Assembly (NCBI RefSeq): GCF_052907605.1
Contig: NZ_CM128582.1
Length of the DNA stretch: 32,000 nucleotides
Strand: one strand, 5' to 3'
Shown: positions 1 through 9,757 of the stretch, one piece after another
Numbering within the stretch: the first letter of the stretch is position 1
Layout: each line of letters starts with the position of its first letter
The notes under the pieces: model-generated
What the model was told of the DNA's origin: nothing
Database searches by the model: none
Seen by the model: only the letters and a program-made list of their open reading frames with translations
Translations under genes and position numbers: made by a program

Positions 1-1
1 C

Positions 2-52
2 AGCAGCGCTGAAGGCTATAACGGTCAGGCTACGCTGAATATGACTTTCTGA
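2..52 (+). CDS. 3' end of an upstream CDS (partial); C-terminus SSAEGYNGQATLNMTF* resembles the last beta-strand of an autotransporter/OMP barrel
   Basis: The frame is open from the window edge and stops at TGA 50-52. It ends in an aromatic Phe. From memory, Ag43-type autotransporters often precede this module in CP4-like islands. Confidence 0.4.
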   Translation, partial: SSAEGYNGQATLNMTF

Positions 53-159
53 TTATACGGTATCCCGGAAATACGATTTCAGGAAAATTCATGCAGTAAT
101 GGGAAAGGACGCTCATTGCTGTTCACCGCAGTTCTGAATTATTGAATTTATAAAGGTGA

Positions 160-2547
160 ATGATGCACGAAAAGAACATCGCCCTGCTTTGTGATGAAGC
201 CGACCGGCTTTTGCAACTGAATATCAATCTGCTCCGGCAAATGGTTGATGAGCCGGATGTGTTATCTGACAGTAAGAACGAAAACGGGCTGCTTTTTGAT
301 AAACGGAAAGCGCTGAAAAGAATTGAGGAGCTGGAGGGCGAACAAATCAAAACCGCCCGCAGGGAGATGGTGCTGGCTGTGGTCGGCACGATGAAGGCGG
401 GCAAATCAACCACCATCAACGCCATTGTGGGGCAGGAAATTCTGCCCAACCGTAACCGCCCCATGACCTCGGTACCGACATTGATCCGCCACGTTCCCGG
501 AAAAACGGAACCGGTCCTCCATCTGGAACATATTCAGCCCGTCCGCAATTTATTAATCACACTGCAGGAAAAACTCGCCACCCCGGCAGGGCAGCAAGTC
601 GCACAGTCCCTGCAGCAAACCGGGGATACCCGCGAACTACTGGATATTCTGGCGGATGATGTCTGGCTTAAAAATGAATACCACGGGGAAGACGAAATCT
701 TTACCGGACTGGCATCGTTAAATGACCTGGTTCGTCTTGCTGCGGCAATGGGGTCTGAATTTCCTTTTGACGAATACGCAGAAGTGCAGAAACTACCGGT
801 GATCGACGTGGCGTTCAGCCACCTGGTGGGAATGGATGCATGTCAGGGAACACTCACACTGCTGGATACCCCCGGCCCTAATGAAGCCGGACAACCACAG
901 ATGGAAATGATGATGCGGGATCAACTACAGAAAGCCTCTGCGGTGCTGGCGGTGATGGATTACACCCAGATGAACTCGAAAGCCGATGAGGAGGTTCGTA
1001 AAGAGCTTAATGCCATTGCTGACGTCTCAGCCGGTCGTCTGTTTGTGCTGGTCAATAAATTCGATGAAAAAGATCGCAATGGTGATGGTGCGGATGCCGT
1101 ACGCCAGAAGGTGCCAGCAATGCTGAACAGCGATGTGCTGCCCGCCTCCCGCGTTTATCCCGGCTCATCACGTCAGGCGTACCTTGCTAACCGTGCGCTT
1201 CATGAGTTACGAAAAAACGGTGCGCTTCCGGTTGATGAAGCCTGGGTCGATGATTTTATCAGGGAAGCTTTCGGACCTATGGTGGAAGAGGACGACTGGA
1301 AAGACAGCACTAAGGTAAATAAAAAGGCAGAAAAACTCTGGAATATATCTCTGATCGATCAACTGATAACGGAAGTCATACAGAGCTCCCATTCCAGAGC
1401 GGCGGCACTGGCGGTTGACTCTGCCGCCGCAAAACTGATGCAGAATGCAGAAAATGTCAGCGAATATCTGTCATTACGTCATCAGGGGCTGCAGCAAAGC
1501 ATTCAGTCACTACAGGCGCATATTACCAGCCTGCTGGCGGATATCCAGGAGATTGAGGAATGTCAGAATCAGGTGACCGGTGATGTCAGAATGGCCATGG
1601 AGGACATCAATACCAAAACCGGGGAATTACTGACGAAGGTCTGTGCCTCACTGGAGGAGGAGCTGAACGACTATTTCAGAAGCGGTAAACGCAAAGAACA
1701 GCAAATGCTGGAGGAAGAAAATTCAGCGCAGCCCCGGGAGAGAAACGCATTCGCTTTCTTTCACGATATTTTCGGAACCGGAAATCAGCATGACAGGATG
1801 CGGGACTTTGATCCGGACAGCCCCGAAATAAAATTCAGTGATCGCAGGGCAGCCCTTGAACTGATGACGCAAATCGAATCGACCGTGACCAGCCTGCACC
1901 GTGAGGCTGAAGCACAGTTCCGGCCTGAGCTGGAGAAAATCGTCAGCGGGATTGAAACAGGTTTTCGTGGCACGGCCCTGTACGCCACAGAAAACATTGC
2001 CGGTCGCATCAATGCCCGCCTGGAGGATGAGGGCTTTACCGTAAAAATCAGTTTTCCGGCAGTCAGCCAGTTACAGACCCGGCTCGCGGTAAAAATAAAT
2101 CTGAGTGCGCTTATGGAGGAAAGAACGGAGACCGTCACCCGTCGCCGTCGGCAGAGTGGCGTATGGGGAACCGTTTGTCGATGGTTTGGCACCAGTGACC
2201 TGGGCTGGGAAAACTATGACGAGGATGTGAGTCGCAGCGTGATCAATATCAACAAGGTCAGAGAGGAAGTTATGTCACTGACCCGGGCATATTTCGGGGA
2301 GCTGCAGGCATCCATTGAGCAGGATATTAACCAGCCCGTCCGCCAGGAAATCGATGCCTTTTTCTGCGCATTCAGGGAGAAAGTTGAACAACTGCGTAAC
2401 ACGCTGATTCAGAGCTCTGAAGATCATAAACGCGATCAGCAGGCGCAGGAACGGCTTACCGGGCGACTTCAGGCATTAAATGAAAGGGTTCCTGAGCTCA
2501 TTACTGACAGTAAGGCGCTGAGGGAAGAGCTGGAGACAATGCTGTGA
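160..2547 (+). CDS. dynamin-like large GTPase (YjdA/CrfC/RdcA- or LeoA-like), 795 aa
   Basis: The GTPase boxes occur in order: G1 GTMKAGKS (nt 385-408), DTPG (865-876), NKFD (1054-1065). A long helical C-terminal region follows. An RBS-like aaggtga lies upstream. Confidence 0.85.
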   Translation: MMHEKNIALLCDEADRLLQLNINLLRQMVDEPDVLSDSKNENGLLFDKRKALKRIEELEGEQIKTARREMVLAVVGTMKAGKSTTINAIVGQEILPNRNRPMTSVPTLIRHVPGKTEPVLHLEHIQPVRNLLITLQEKLATPAGQQVAQSLQQTGDTRELLDILADDVWLKNEYHGEDEIFTGLASLNDLVRLAAAMGSEFPFDEYAEVQKLPVIDVAFSHLVGMDACQGTLTLLDTPGPNEAGQPQMEMMMRDQLQKASAVLAVMDYTQMNSKADEEVRKELNAIADVSAGRLFVLVNKFDEKDRNGDGADAVRQKVPAMLNSDVLPASRVYPGSSRQAYLANRALHELRKNGALPVDEAWVDDFIREAFGPMVEEDDWKDSTKVNKKAEKLWNISLIDQLITEVIQSSHSRAAALAVDSAAAKLMQNAENVSEYLSLRHQGLQQSIQSLQAHITSLLADIQEIEECQNQVTGDVRMAMEDINTKTGELLTKVCASLEEELNDYFRSGKRKEQQMLEEENSAQPRERNAFAFFHDIFGTGNQHDRMRDFDPDSPEIKFSDRRAALELMTQIESTVTSLHREAEAQFRPELEKIVSGIETGFRGTALYATENIAGRINARLEDEGFTVKISFPAVSQLQTRLAVKINLSALMEERTETVTRRRRQSGVWGTVCRWFGTSDLGWENYDEDVSRSVININKVREEVMSLTRAYFGELQASIEQDINQPVRQEIDAFFCAFREKVEQLRNTLIQSSEDHKRDQQAQERLTGRLQALNERVPELITDSKALREELETML

Positions 2548-3449
2548 CTTCACCATTTATTCAACAAATTGCTGATAACCGGGTATGTCAGGTACTCACC
2601 TGTCTTCCTGAAAAATTTGTGGTTGATTTCGCAAACGGAATCGATGTTGCACAGGAGCATATCCGCACGGCCGGAGAGCGCACGTTCTTCCGGCGTTTAA
2701 AAGAGGGGCTGACCGGCGAAGGCGCTGCACGGCAGAATGCCATCAATGCGTCGCTTGCACAGGGCGTTGAGGCGTCCCTGCGCTGGCTGACGGAGATGAC
2801 AACGTCACTTGCCACCACAAACTACGCGATTACCCGGGTAAACGACAGGGTCAGTTCACTGGTCAGTGATACAGCCAGGCTGGCGCATTATTCCGCAGAT
2901 ACGCGGGAGCAGTTACTCACCCTGGCCGATCAGGTTCACCATAAACTGAATCATCTTGAAGAAAAACTCCACCGTGTTGACCAGGTTCAGCGGGCGCAGT
3001 TACATCTTGAGCAGATATTCTCATGGTGGAGCGCCGGGCGATATGCGTCATTTTCCCCTGCCGGACGTTGTTATGTGGCACTTGAAGAGCTTCGCTGGGG
3101 CGCGTTTGGTGATGTGATACGTCAGGGCGAAACAGGCCAGGTTAACCAGCTACTGGATATTCTCAGACATAAAGCATTAACGCAGATGGCACAGGAGAGT
3201 GGCGGTAGTGCAACCGTGCGTCTGAACACTCTGGACTGGCTTGGTGGTCAGGGCCGGGAGCAGGCAGATAACGAGTGGCATGACGCGATTAACTGGCTGG
3301 GAGGCTGGTGCAGTGAAGAGCAGCATCCGGTGATCTGGTCAACCACGCAGGCTGCAGAACACTTACCGGTTCGCATGCCTCGCCTCTGCTCTGCAGAACG
3401 CCTCTCTGAAAGTATGGTCGATGAAATATTTCAGAAGGGGGCTGCATGA
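2544..3449 (+). CDS. helical partner protein of the GTPase, 301 aa, unknown function (same position as YjcZ/RdcB)
   Basis: The GTG start overlaps the upstream stop (GTGA at 2544-2547). The ORF is uninterrupted and rich in heptad-like Leu/Gln/Glu stretches. I see no catalytic motif. Confidence 0.65.
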   Translation: MTSPFIQQIADNRVCQVLTCLPEKFVVDFANGIDVAQEHIRTAGERTFFRRLKEGLTGEGAARQNAINASLAQGVEASLRWLTEMTTSLATTNYAITRVNDRVSSLVSDTARLAHYSADTREQLLTLADQVHHKLNHLEEKLHRVDQVQRAQLHLEQIFSWWSAGRYASFSPAGRCYVALEELRWGAFGDVIRQGETGQVNQLLDILRHKALTQMAQESGGSATVRLNTLDWLGGQGREQADNEWHDAINWLGGWCSEEQHPVIWSTTQAAEHLPVRMPRLCSAERLSESMVDEIFQKGAA

Positions 3450-4516
3450 GTACAGAAATGAAAACGGGGCTGGTGCTGTCCGGTGGCGGGGCGGTGGGCG
3501 CTTATCAGGCGGGAGTGGTTAAGGCACTGGCAGAGTGTGGTACACAGATCAGCATTGTTTCAGGGACCAGCATTGGCGCATTCAATGGTGCCATTATCGC
3601 GGCCTCTCCCGATCTGTCAGAAGCTGCCGTACGCCTGGAGGCGCTCTGGGAGCATCTGGGGAATAATCAGGTGCTGTCGGTAAACAGATTGGTTTACTTT
3701 TCATTGCTGAAAAAATTGTTCCAGGCAATGAACCTCTGCCAGATCCCCGGACGTGCAGGAGCACTGCTTACGACGCTTCTTCGCCATATATCGACAATCA
3801 ACGGGTTTGACAATCTGATGGCTCAGCCGTTGTTGTCAGATGAGCCCCTGACAGCGCTGATGGATCATTATCTTGATACTGATGCTCTGGCAGACGGGCT
3901 ACCGCTGTATGTGTCGCTGTACCCCACAGAAGGGGGCATGCAGGATATTATTGACTGCATTCGTGCTGAACTGGGTGTCGGAACCACGAAAAACGCCGTT
4001 TTTCAGCATATCCAGAGCCTGCCCCGCGGACAGCAGAAAGAGGCTCTGCTTGCGTCAGCCGCGCTGCCCCTGCTGTTCCGTCCCCGTGAGGTTCAGGGGA
4101 CAATGTTCGGTGATGGTGGTATGGGAGGATGGCGAAATATGCAGGGAAATACCCCTGTGACGCCTCTGGTCGATGCCGGATGCAATATGGTGATTGTGAC
4201 GCATCTGAGTGACGGTTCTTTATGGGATCGCCAGGCTTTTCCGGACACCACAATCCTTGAGATCCGTCCCCGGAAAAGGCTGAAATATGCAGGTGATGGT
4301 GGCAACAGCGGCGGTCTGCTCAGTTTTACATCGGCACATACCGACGCCTGGCGTCAGCAGGGCTATGAAGACACGATGCTGGCGATGGAGCATATCCGGA
4401 AACCGCTGGCAGCACGTCAGGCACTGACCCGGTCAGAGGCGGTATTGCAGAAAAGCCTGGATATAACGGAAGAGGCAGATTTGGCACTGAGAAACGCGAT
4501 GGCCCGGATTAAATAA
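3446..4516 (+). CDS. patatin-like phospholipase, 356 aa
   Basis: ATGA start/stop overlap at 3446-3449. Motifs present: LSGGGAVGAY oxyanion loop, GTSIG nucleophile elbow (3563-3577), DGG catalytic Asp (4112-4120). Confidence 0.85.
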   Translation: MSTEMKTGLVLSGGGAVGAYQAGVVKALAECGTQISIVSGTSIGAFNGAIIAASPDLSEAAVRLEALWEHLGNNQVLSVNRLVYFSLLKKLFQAMNLCQIPGRAGALLTTLLRHISTINGFDNLMAQPLLSDEPLTALMDHYLDTDALADGLPLYVSLYPTEGGMQDIIDCIRAELGVGTTKNAVFQHIQSLPRGQQKEALLASAALPLLFRPREVQGTMFGDGGMGGWRNMQGNTPVTPLVDAGCNMVIVTHLSDGSLWDRQAFPDTTILEIRPRKRLKYAGDGGNSGGLLSFTSAHTDAWRQQGYEDTMLAMEHIRKPLAARQALTRSEAVLQKSLDITEEADLALRNAMARIK

Positions 4517-4532
4517 AGACGCCCCAAAGAAA

Positions 4533-4558
4533 CGCCACCGCCTGTGGTGGTGTTTTTC
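4533..4558 (+). terminator. rho-independent terminator of the GTPase/patatin operon
   Basis: gCCACCgcctgtGGTGGtgttttt lies 17 nt after the stop codon. Confidence 0.7.
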
Positions 4559-4788
4559 CTGTCTGGTGTTATTGAAAATATTTTCAGATATATATTATCT
4601 GGGTGATGGTTAAGATGAATTTATTTAATTTTGGGGGAAGATACAAAAACAACCAGTGAACATATTTCCGGCGGGTTATCCGCAATGCTGAAGGTCAGTT
4701 GCACTGGCGATGCCGGAATACAGCTTAATACGTGGTTCGCCAGTGAAGGGCTTCTCAGACAATAAACCTCATTCATTTCACCCATCAG

Positions 4789-4819
4789 GCCGCGTCTTCT
4801 CCGGGAGACGCGGCTTTTT
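4789..4819 (+). terminator. orphan rho-independent terminator upstream of the DUF932 gene
   Basis: GCCGCGTCTtctccgggAGACGCGGC followed by ttttt. No intact ORF precedes it. Confidence 0.6.
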
Positions 4820-4855
4820 CATTTATATCGCTTAATCATTCATAAGGAGCAAATC

Positions 4856-5674
4856 ATGAGATTAGCCAGTCGTTTTGGTTATGCGAACCAGATACGTCGT
4901 GATCGTCCGCTGACACACGAAGAACTGATGCGCCATGTACCGAGTATTTTTGGGGAAAACCGACATACCTCTCGCAGTGAACACTATGCGTACATTCCCA
5001 CTATCACCGTCCTGGAAAATCTGCAGCAGGAAGGCTTTCAGCCGTTCTTTGCCTGCCAGACCCGCGTGCGCGACCAGAGCCGCCGGGAATACACAAAACA
5101 CATGCTGCGTCTGCGGCGGGCCGGACAGATAACCGGTCAGCATGTCCCTGAAATTATTCTGCTCAACTCCCATGACGGTTCATCCAGCTACCAGATGTTA
5201 CCCGGATATTTTCGTGCCATTTGTACCAATGGACTGGTCTGCGGTCAGTCTCTGGGAGAATTGCGTGTTCCACACCGGGGAAATGTGGTGGACAGAGTCA
5301 TTGAAGGGGCTTACGAGGTGGTGGGCGTTTTTGACCGGATAGAGGAGAAGCGTGATGCCATGCAGTCGCTGGTCCTGCCGCCACCGGCACGCCAGGCGCT
5401 GGCACAGGCGGCACTGACTTACCGTTATGGTGACGAACATCAGCCCGTCACCACCGCCGACATTCTGACACCACGACGCCGGGAGGATTACGGTAAGGAC
5501 CTGTGGAGTGCTTATCAGACCATCCAGGAGAATATGCTGAAAGGCGGGATTTCCGGTCGCAGTGCAAAAGGAAAACGTATCCATACCCGGGCCATTCACA
5601 GCATTGATACCGACATTAAGCTCAATCGCGCATTGTGGGTGATGGCAGAAACGCTGCTGGAGAGCATGCGCTGA
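4856..5674 (+). CDS. DUF932 family protein (YafZ/YfjQ-like island protein)
   Basis: 272-aa ORF with RBS aaggag. I recognise the sequence as the YafZ/YfjQ family of CP4-type prophage remnants. Confidence 0.8.
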   Translation: MRLASRFGYANQIRRDRPLTHEELMRHVPSIFGENRHTSRSEHYAYIPTITVLENLQQEGFQPFFACQTRVRDQSRREYTKHMLRLRRAGQITGQHVPEIILLNSHDGSSSYQMLPGYFRAICTNGLVCGQSLGELRVPHRGNVVDRVIEGAYEVVGVFDRIEEKRDAMQSLVLPPPARQALAQAALTYRYGDEHQPVTTADILTPRRREDYGKDLWSAYQTIQENMLKGGISGRSAKGKRIHTRAIHSIDTDIKLNRALWVMAETLLESMR

Positions 5675-5764
5675 TGCCGTTTCACTGAAAGTGCAGTCCT
5701 GACTCACATCTGTTCCTGCCCCGGGGCTTCTTCCATTCATTTACTTTTTATAAGGAATAACCTC

Positions 5765-6250
5765 ATGACAACCGTTTCGCATAATTCCACCACACCTTCT
5801 GTTTCCGTAACCACTGCATCAGGGAATAACCCACCTCAGCTGGTTGCCACTCCCGTCCCTGATGAACAGCGCATCAGCTTCTGGCCGCAGCATTTTGGCC
5901 TCATTCCACAGTGGGTGACCCTGGAGCCCCGTGTCTTCGGCTGGATGGACCGTCTGTGTGAAGACTACTGCGGTGGTATCTGGAATCTGTACACCCTGAA
6001 CAACGGCGGGGCATTTATGGCACCCGAACCGGATGACGATGATGACGAAACATGGGTACTGTTCAATGCCATGAACGGTAACCGCGCTGAAATGAGTCCG
6101 GAAGCTGCCGGCATTGCTGCCTGTCTGATGACGTACAGTCATCATGCCTGTCGTACGGAGTGTTATGCCATGACGGTCCACTATTACCGGCTGCGGGATT
6201 ACGCCCTGCAGCATCCGGAATGCAGCGCCATTATGCGCATCATTGACTGA
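5765..6250 (+). CDS. antirestriction protein (KlcA/ArdB-like; YfjX/YafX family)
   Basis: 161-aa ORF with an acidic DDDDDE patch. Position and sequence are typical of YfjX/YafX. Confidence 0.8.
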   Translation: MTTVSHNSTTPSVSVTTASGNNPPQLVATPVPDEQRISFWPQHFGLIPQWVTLEPRVFGWMDRLCEDYCGGIWNLYTLNNGGAFMAPEPDDDDDETWVLFNAMNGNRAEMSPEAAGIAACLMTYSHHACRTECYAMTVHYYRLRDYALQHPECSAIMRIID

Positions 6251-6265
6251 ATGGAGGCAGGGACA

Positions 6266-6742
6266 ATGCAGCAGCTTTCCTTTCTGCCCGGAGAGATGAC
6301 GCCCGGCGAGCGCAGTCTCATTCTGCGGGCCCTGCAAACCCTGGACCGCCATCTTCATGAACCCGGCGTGGCCTTCACCTCCACCCGTGCGGCACGGGAA
6401 TGGCTGATTCTGAACATGGTGGGACTGGAGCGGGAAGAGTTCCGGGTGCTGTATCTGAACAACCAGAATCAGCTGATTGCCGGTGAAACCCTCTTCACCG
6501 GCACCATCAACCGTACGGAAGTTCATCCCCGGGAAGTGATTAAACGCGCCCTGTACCACAATGCCGCTGCCGTGGTGCTGGCGCACAATCACCCGTCCGG
6601 TGAAGTCACACCCAGTAAGGCAGACCGGCTTATCACCGAACGTCTGGTACAGGCACTGGGCCTGGTGGATATCCGGGTGCCGGACCATCTGATAGTCGGT
6701 GGCAACCAGGTTTTCTCCTTTGCCGAACATGGTCTGCTTTAA
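6266..6742 (+). CDS. RadC-like JAB/MPN domain protein (YeeS/YfjY/YkfG family)
   Basis: JAMM motif HNHPSGEVTPSKAD is present. I chose the start at MQQLSF, as in K-12 paralogues; the ORF is open from 6251. Confidence 0.85.
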   Translation: MQQLSFLPGEMTPGERSLILRALQTLDRHLHEPGVAFTSTRAAREWLILNMVGLEREEFRVLYLNNQNQLIAGETLFTGTINRTEVHPREVIKRALYHNAAAVVLAHNHPSGEVTPSKADRLITERLVQALGLVDIRVPDHLIVGGNQVFSFAEHGLL

Positions 6743-6804
6743 CCCGTCACAACCACATCACACCTGTTTTCACTTTTATCTTCTGTCTTCAGAGGTATCA
6801 CATC

Positions 6805-7026
6805 ATGAGAATCATCACCCGTGGTGAAGCCATGCGTATTCACCAACAGCATCCGGCATCCCGTCTTTTTCCGTTCTGTACCGGTAAGTATCGCTGGCAC
6901 GGCAGTGCTGAAGCGTATACTGGTCGTGAAGTGCAGGATATTCCCGGCGTTCTTGCCGTGTTTGCAGAACGCCGTAAGGACAGTTTTGGCCCGTATGTCC
7001 GGCTGATGAGTGTCACCCTGAACTGA
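6805..7026 (+). CDS. DUF987 protein (YeeT/YkfH-like)
   Basis: 73-aa ORF in the conserved position between radC-like and cbeA-like genes. Confidence 0.7.
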   Translation: MRIITRGEAMRIHQQHPASRLFPFCTGKYRWHGSAEAYTGREVQDIPGVLAVFAERRKDSFGPYVRLMSVTLN

Positions 7027-7188
7027 TGTTCCGTCACCCGGGAAACGAGTACGACCAGATGACCTCAGACGCCGCTGTGGATGAGGCCATTCTCATCAAT
7101 GCATACATCTTCACCGAAACCGGTCAGCGCGCCGGCTGACCTGTCATCGTTAAACCATTCTTAACCACTTTTCAGAGAGGATTTTATC

Positions 7189-7563
7189 GTGTCAGACAAA
7201 CTCTCCGGGATAACTCATCCCGATGACAATCACGACCGCCCCTGGTGGGGGCTTCCCTGCACAGTGAGGCCCTGTTTTGGCGCTCGTCTGGTGCAAGAGG
7301 GTAACCGCCTGCATTACCTTGCCGACCGCGCCGGTATCAGAGGCCGCTTCAGCGACGCAGATGCATACCATCTGGACCAGGCCTTTCCGCTGCTGATGAA
7401 ACAACTGGAACTCATGCTCACCAGCGGTGAACTGAATCCCCGATATCAGCATACCGTCACGCTGTATGCAAAAGGGCTGACCTGCGAAGCCGACACCCTC
7501 GGCTCCTGTGGTTACGTTTATCTGGCTGTTTATCCGACACCAGCACCCGCAACCACCTCATAA
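7189..7563 (+). CDS. cbeA: type IV antitoxin, CbeA/YeeU family
   Basis: GTG start, 124 aa. Recognisable YeeU/YfjZ/YafW family sequence directly upstream of the CbtA-family toxin. Confidence 0.85.
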   Translation: MSDKLSGITHPDDNHDRPWWGLPCTVRPCFGARLVQEGNRLHYLADRAGIRGRFSDADAYHLDQAFPLLMKQLELMLTSGELNPRYQHTVTLYAKGLTCEADTLGSCGYVYLAVYPTPAPATTS

Positions 7564-7609
7564 CCCCGAAGCTCTCACCTTTAGCACTACCAGTTACAGA
7601 GAACTTAAG

Positions 7610-7984
7610 ATGAAAACATTATCCGACACACATGTACGGGAGGTATCTCGCTGCCCGTCTCCCGTCACCATCTGGCAGACACTGCTCATCCGACTGCTGG
7701 ACCAGCATTATGGCCTCACACTGAATGACACACCGTTTGCCGATGAACGTGTGATTGAGCAGCATATTGAGGCAGGCATTTCACTGTGTGATGCAGTTAA
7801 TTTTCTCGTGGAAAAATACGCGCTGGTGCGTACCGACCAGCCGGGATTCAGCACCTGTCCCCGCTCTCAGTTAATAAACAGTATTGATATCCTCCGGGCT
7901 CGCCGGGCGACCGGCCTGATGACCCGCGACAATTACAGAACGGTAAATAACATTACCCTGGGTAAGTATCCGGAGGCGAAATGA
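7610..7984 (+). CDS. cbtA: type IV toxin, CbtA/YeeV family (cytoskeleton inhibitor)
   Basis: 124 aa starting at [19 protein letters not shown], typical of YeeV/YpjF/YkfI. The longer ORF from 7508 overlaps the antitoxin gene, so I did not use it. Confidence 0.85.
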   Translation: MKTLSDTHVREVSRCPSPVTIWQTLLIRLLDQHYGLTLNDTPFADERVIEQHIEAGISLCDAVNFLVEKYALVRTDQPGFSTCPRSQLINSIDILRARRATGLMTRDNYRTVNNITLGKYPEAK

Positions 7985-8472
7985 TGAAACTGGCCCTGAC
8001 ACTGGAAGCCGACAGCGTTAACGTACAGGCACTGAACATGGGGCGCATTGTCGTTGACGTCGATGGTATTGAGCTCGCTGAACTGATTAACATGGTCTGC
8101 GATAACGGCTACTCCCTTCGTGTTGTTGATGAATCTGACCAGACCTCAGCAGAATGCACGCCACCATTTGCTACCCTTACCGGCATACGCTGCAGTACCG
8201 CACATATCACGGAAACGGACAACGCCTGGTTGTACTCGCTGTCACACCAGACCAGTGACTTCGGTGAATCAGAATGGATTCATTTTACAGGTAGCGGATA
8301 TCTGTTACGTACCGATGCGTGGTCATACCCGGTTCTGCGGCTTAAACGCCTGGGGCTGTCAAAAACGTTCCGTCGTCTGGTCGTCACACTCATCCGGCGT
8401 TATGGCGTCAGTCTCATTCATCTGGATGCCAGCGCTGAATGCCTGCCGGGTTTACCCACTTTCGACTGGTAA
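7981..8472 (+). CDS. YeeW-like protein (DUF5983)
   Basis: 163-aa ORF. ATGA overlap with the cbtA stop. Conserved position downstream of cbtA. Confidence 0.7.
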   Translation: MMKLALTLEADSVNVQALNMGRIVVDVDGIELAELINMVCDNGYSLRVVDESDQTSAECTPPFATLTGIRCSTAHITETDNAWLYSLSHQTSDFGESEWIHFTGSGYLLRTDAWSYPVLRLKRLGLSKTFRRLVVTLIRRYGVSLIHLDASAECLPGLPTFDW

Positions 8473-8483
8473 CCAGGAACAAC

Positions 8484-8681
8484 ATGAAATCATTAACCAC
8501 GGAAACAGCGCTGGATATTCTGATTGCGTGGCTGCAGGACAATATCGACTGCGGATCGGGAATTATCTTTGACAACGATGAGGATAAAACGGATTCAGCA
8601 GCACTGTTGCCCTGTATCGAACAGGCCCGGGAGGATGTCCGTACCCTGCGTCATCTGCAGCTTCTGCACCAGAACCGGTGA
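8484..8681 (+). CDS. DUF957 small protein
   Basis: 65 aa from MKSLTTETALDILIAWLQDNIDCGS. Commonly follows yeeW-like genes. Confidence 0.6.
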   Translation: MKSLTTETALDILIAWLQDNIDCGSGIIFDNDEDKTDSAALLPCIEQAREDVRTLRHLQLLHQNR

Positions 8682-8710
8682 AGCTCACTCACCAGACTTC
8701 ATTCCTCTGA

Positions 8711-8737
8711 CGCCAGCCTGCACAGGGCTGGCGTTTT
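8711..8737 (+). terminator. rho-independent terminator
   Basis: CGCCAGCCtgcacagGGCTGGCG followed by tttt. Confidence 0.6.
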
Positions 8738-8765
8738 CATTTATCTGCAAAAAGGAATATCGATT

Positions 8766-9608
8766 ATGTCAGATATCACAATCTCCCGTCCGGAAGTGGT
8801 CAACGGGCATACGGACGTTATCTGCTCAACCAGCATTCGCCACATTCTGGCTGTACGAAAGAGTACACTGTTGCAAATCGACACACTTATCCGACAACTG
8901 GCTGAAATCTCGGTGCTGACGGAAAGCATCGGAGGTAAAACTGCCCCGGACTGGGCCATGAAACAGGATTTTCGCTGCGGCTGCTGGCTGATGGAGAAAC
9001 CCGAAACAGCAATGAAAGCCATTACCCGGAATCTTGATCGCGAAATCTGGCGTGACCTGATGCAACGTTCCGGGATGCTGTCATTAATGGATACGCAGGC
9101 CCGTGATACATGGTACCGGTCACTGGAGTACGATAATTTTCCGGAAATCAGCGAAGCGAACATTCTGAGCACATTTGAACAACTGCACCAGAATAAGGAT
9201 GAGGTGTTTGAGCGAGGGGTGATCAACGTCTTCAGAGGGCTGAACTGGAATTACAAAACCAATTGCCCCTGTAAATTTGGCAGTAAAATTATCGTCAACA
9301 ATCTGGTGAGATGGGACCGGTGGGGATTTCATCTTATCACCGGACAACAGGCTGACCGACTCGCCGATCTGGAAAGAATGTTGCACCTGTTCAGCGGTAA
9401 ACCAATCCCCGACAACCGGGGAAACATCACCCTTCGTCTGGATGATCACATTCAGTCTGTTCAGGGTAAAGAGAGCTATGAAGATGAGATGTTCAGCATC
9501 AGATACTTTAAGAAGGGCTCCGCGCATATCACGTTCAGAAAACCAGAACTGGTTGACAGACTGAATGATATTATCGCAAAACACTATCCTGATATGCTGG
9601 CAGTATAG
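8766..9608 (+). CDS. DUF4942 domain protein (island-terminal gene)
   Basis: 280-aa ORF with RBS aaggaa. I recall this family as the last gene of CP4-like islands. Confidence 0.65.
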   Translation: MSDITISRPEVVNGHTDVICSTSIRHILAVRKSTLLQIDTLIRQLAEISVLTESIGGKTAPDWAMKQDFRCGCWLMEKPETAMKAITRNLDREIWRDLMQRSGMLSLMDTQARDTWYRSLEYDNFPEISEANILSTFEQLHQNKDEVFERGVINVFRGLNWNYKTNCPCKFGSKIIVNNLVRWDRWGFHLITGQQADRLADLERMLHLFSGKPIPDNRGNITLRLDDHIQSVQGKESYEDEMFSIRYFKKGSAHITFRKPELVDRLNDIIAKHYPDMLAV

Positions 9609-9711
9609 CTTTGCCAGTATGCTCAAAGATCGGAAATTGTCCGATAAGATATGATCGCGGGGCATATAAACCGGTTTCAGATGGCATACCCGATGGCATA
9701 CTGTCTGGAAG

Positions 9712-9750
9712 GAAAAATAAAAAAGCGCATGTTAAACAATAACATGCGCT
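9712..9750 (-). terminator. terminator downstream of serX
   Basis: On the minus strand, AGCGCATGTTattgtttAACATGCGCT is followed by a T-run. Confidence 0.7.
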
Positions 9751-9757
9751 TATAATC

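Noticed and set aside
5819-6730. 303-aa minus-strand ORF spanning the antirestriction and radC-like genes
   Set aside because: It is entirely antisense to two recognisable, motif-bearing plus-strand genes. It has no RBS or known family, so it is a typical shadow ORF.
7060-7141. 26-aa ORF (MTSDAAVDEAILINAYIFTETGQRAG) and the GGTCAGCgcgccgGCTGACC hairpin between the yeeT-like and cbeA genes
   Set aside because: There is no RBS, it is very short, and I have no evidence of conservation. The hairpin lacks a T-run.
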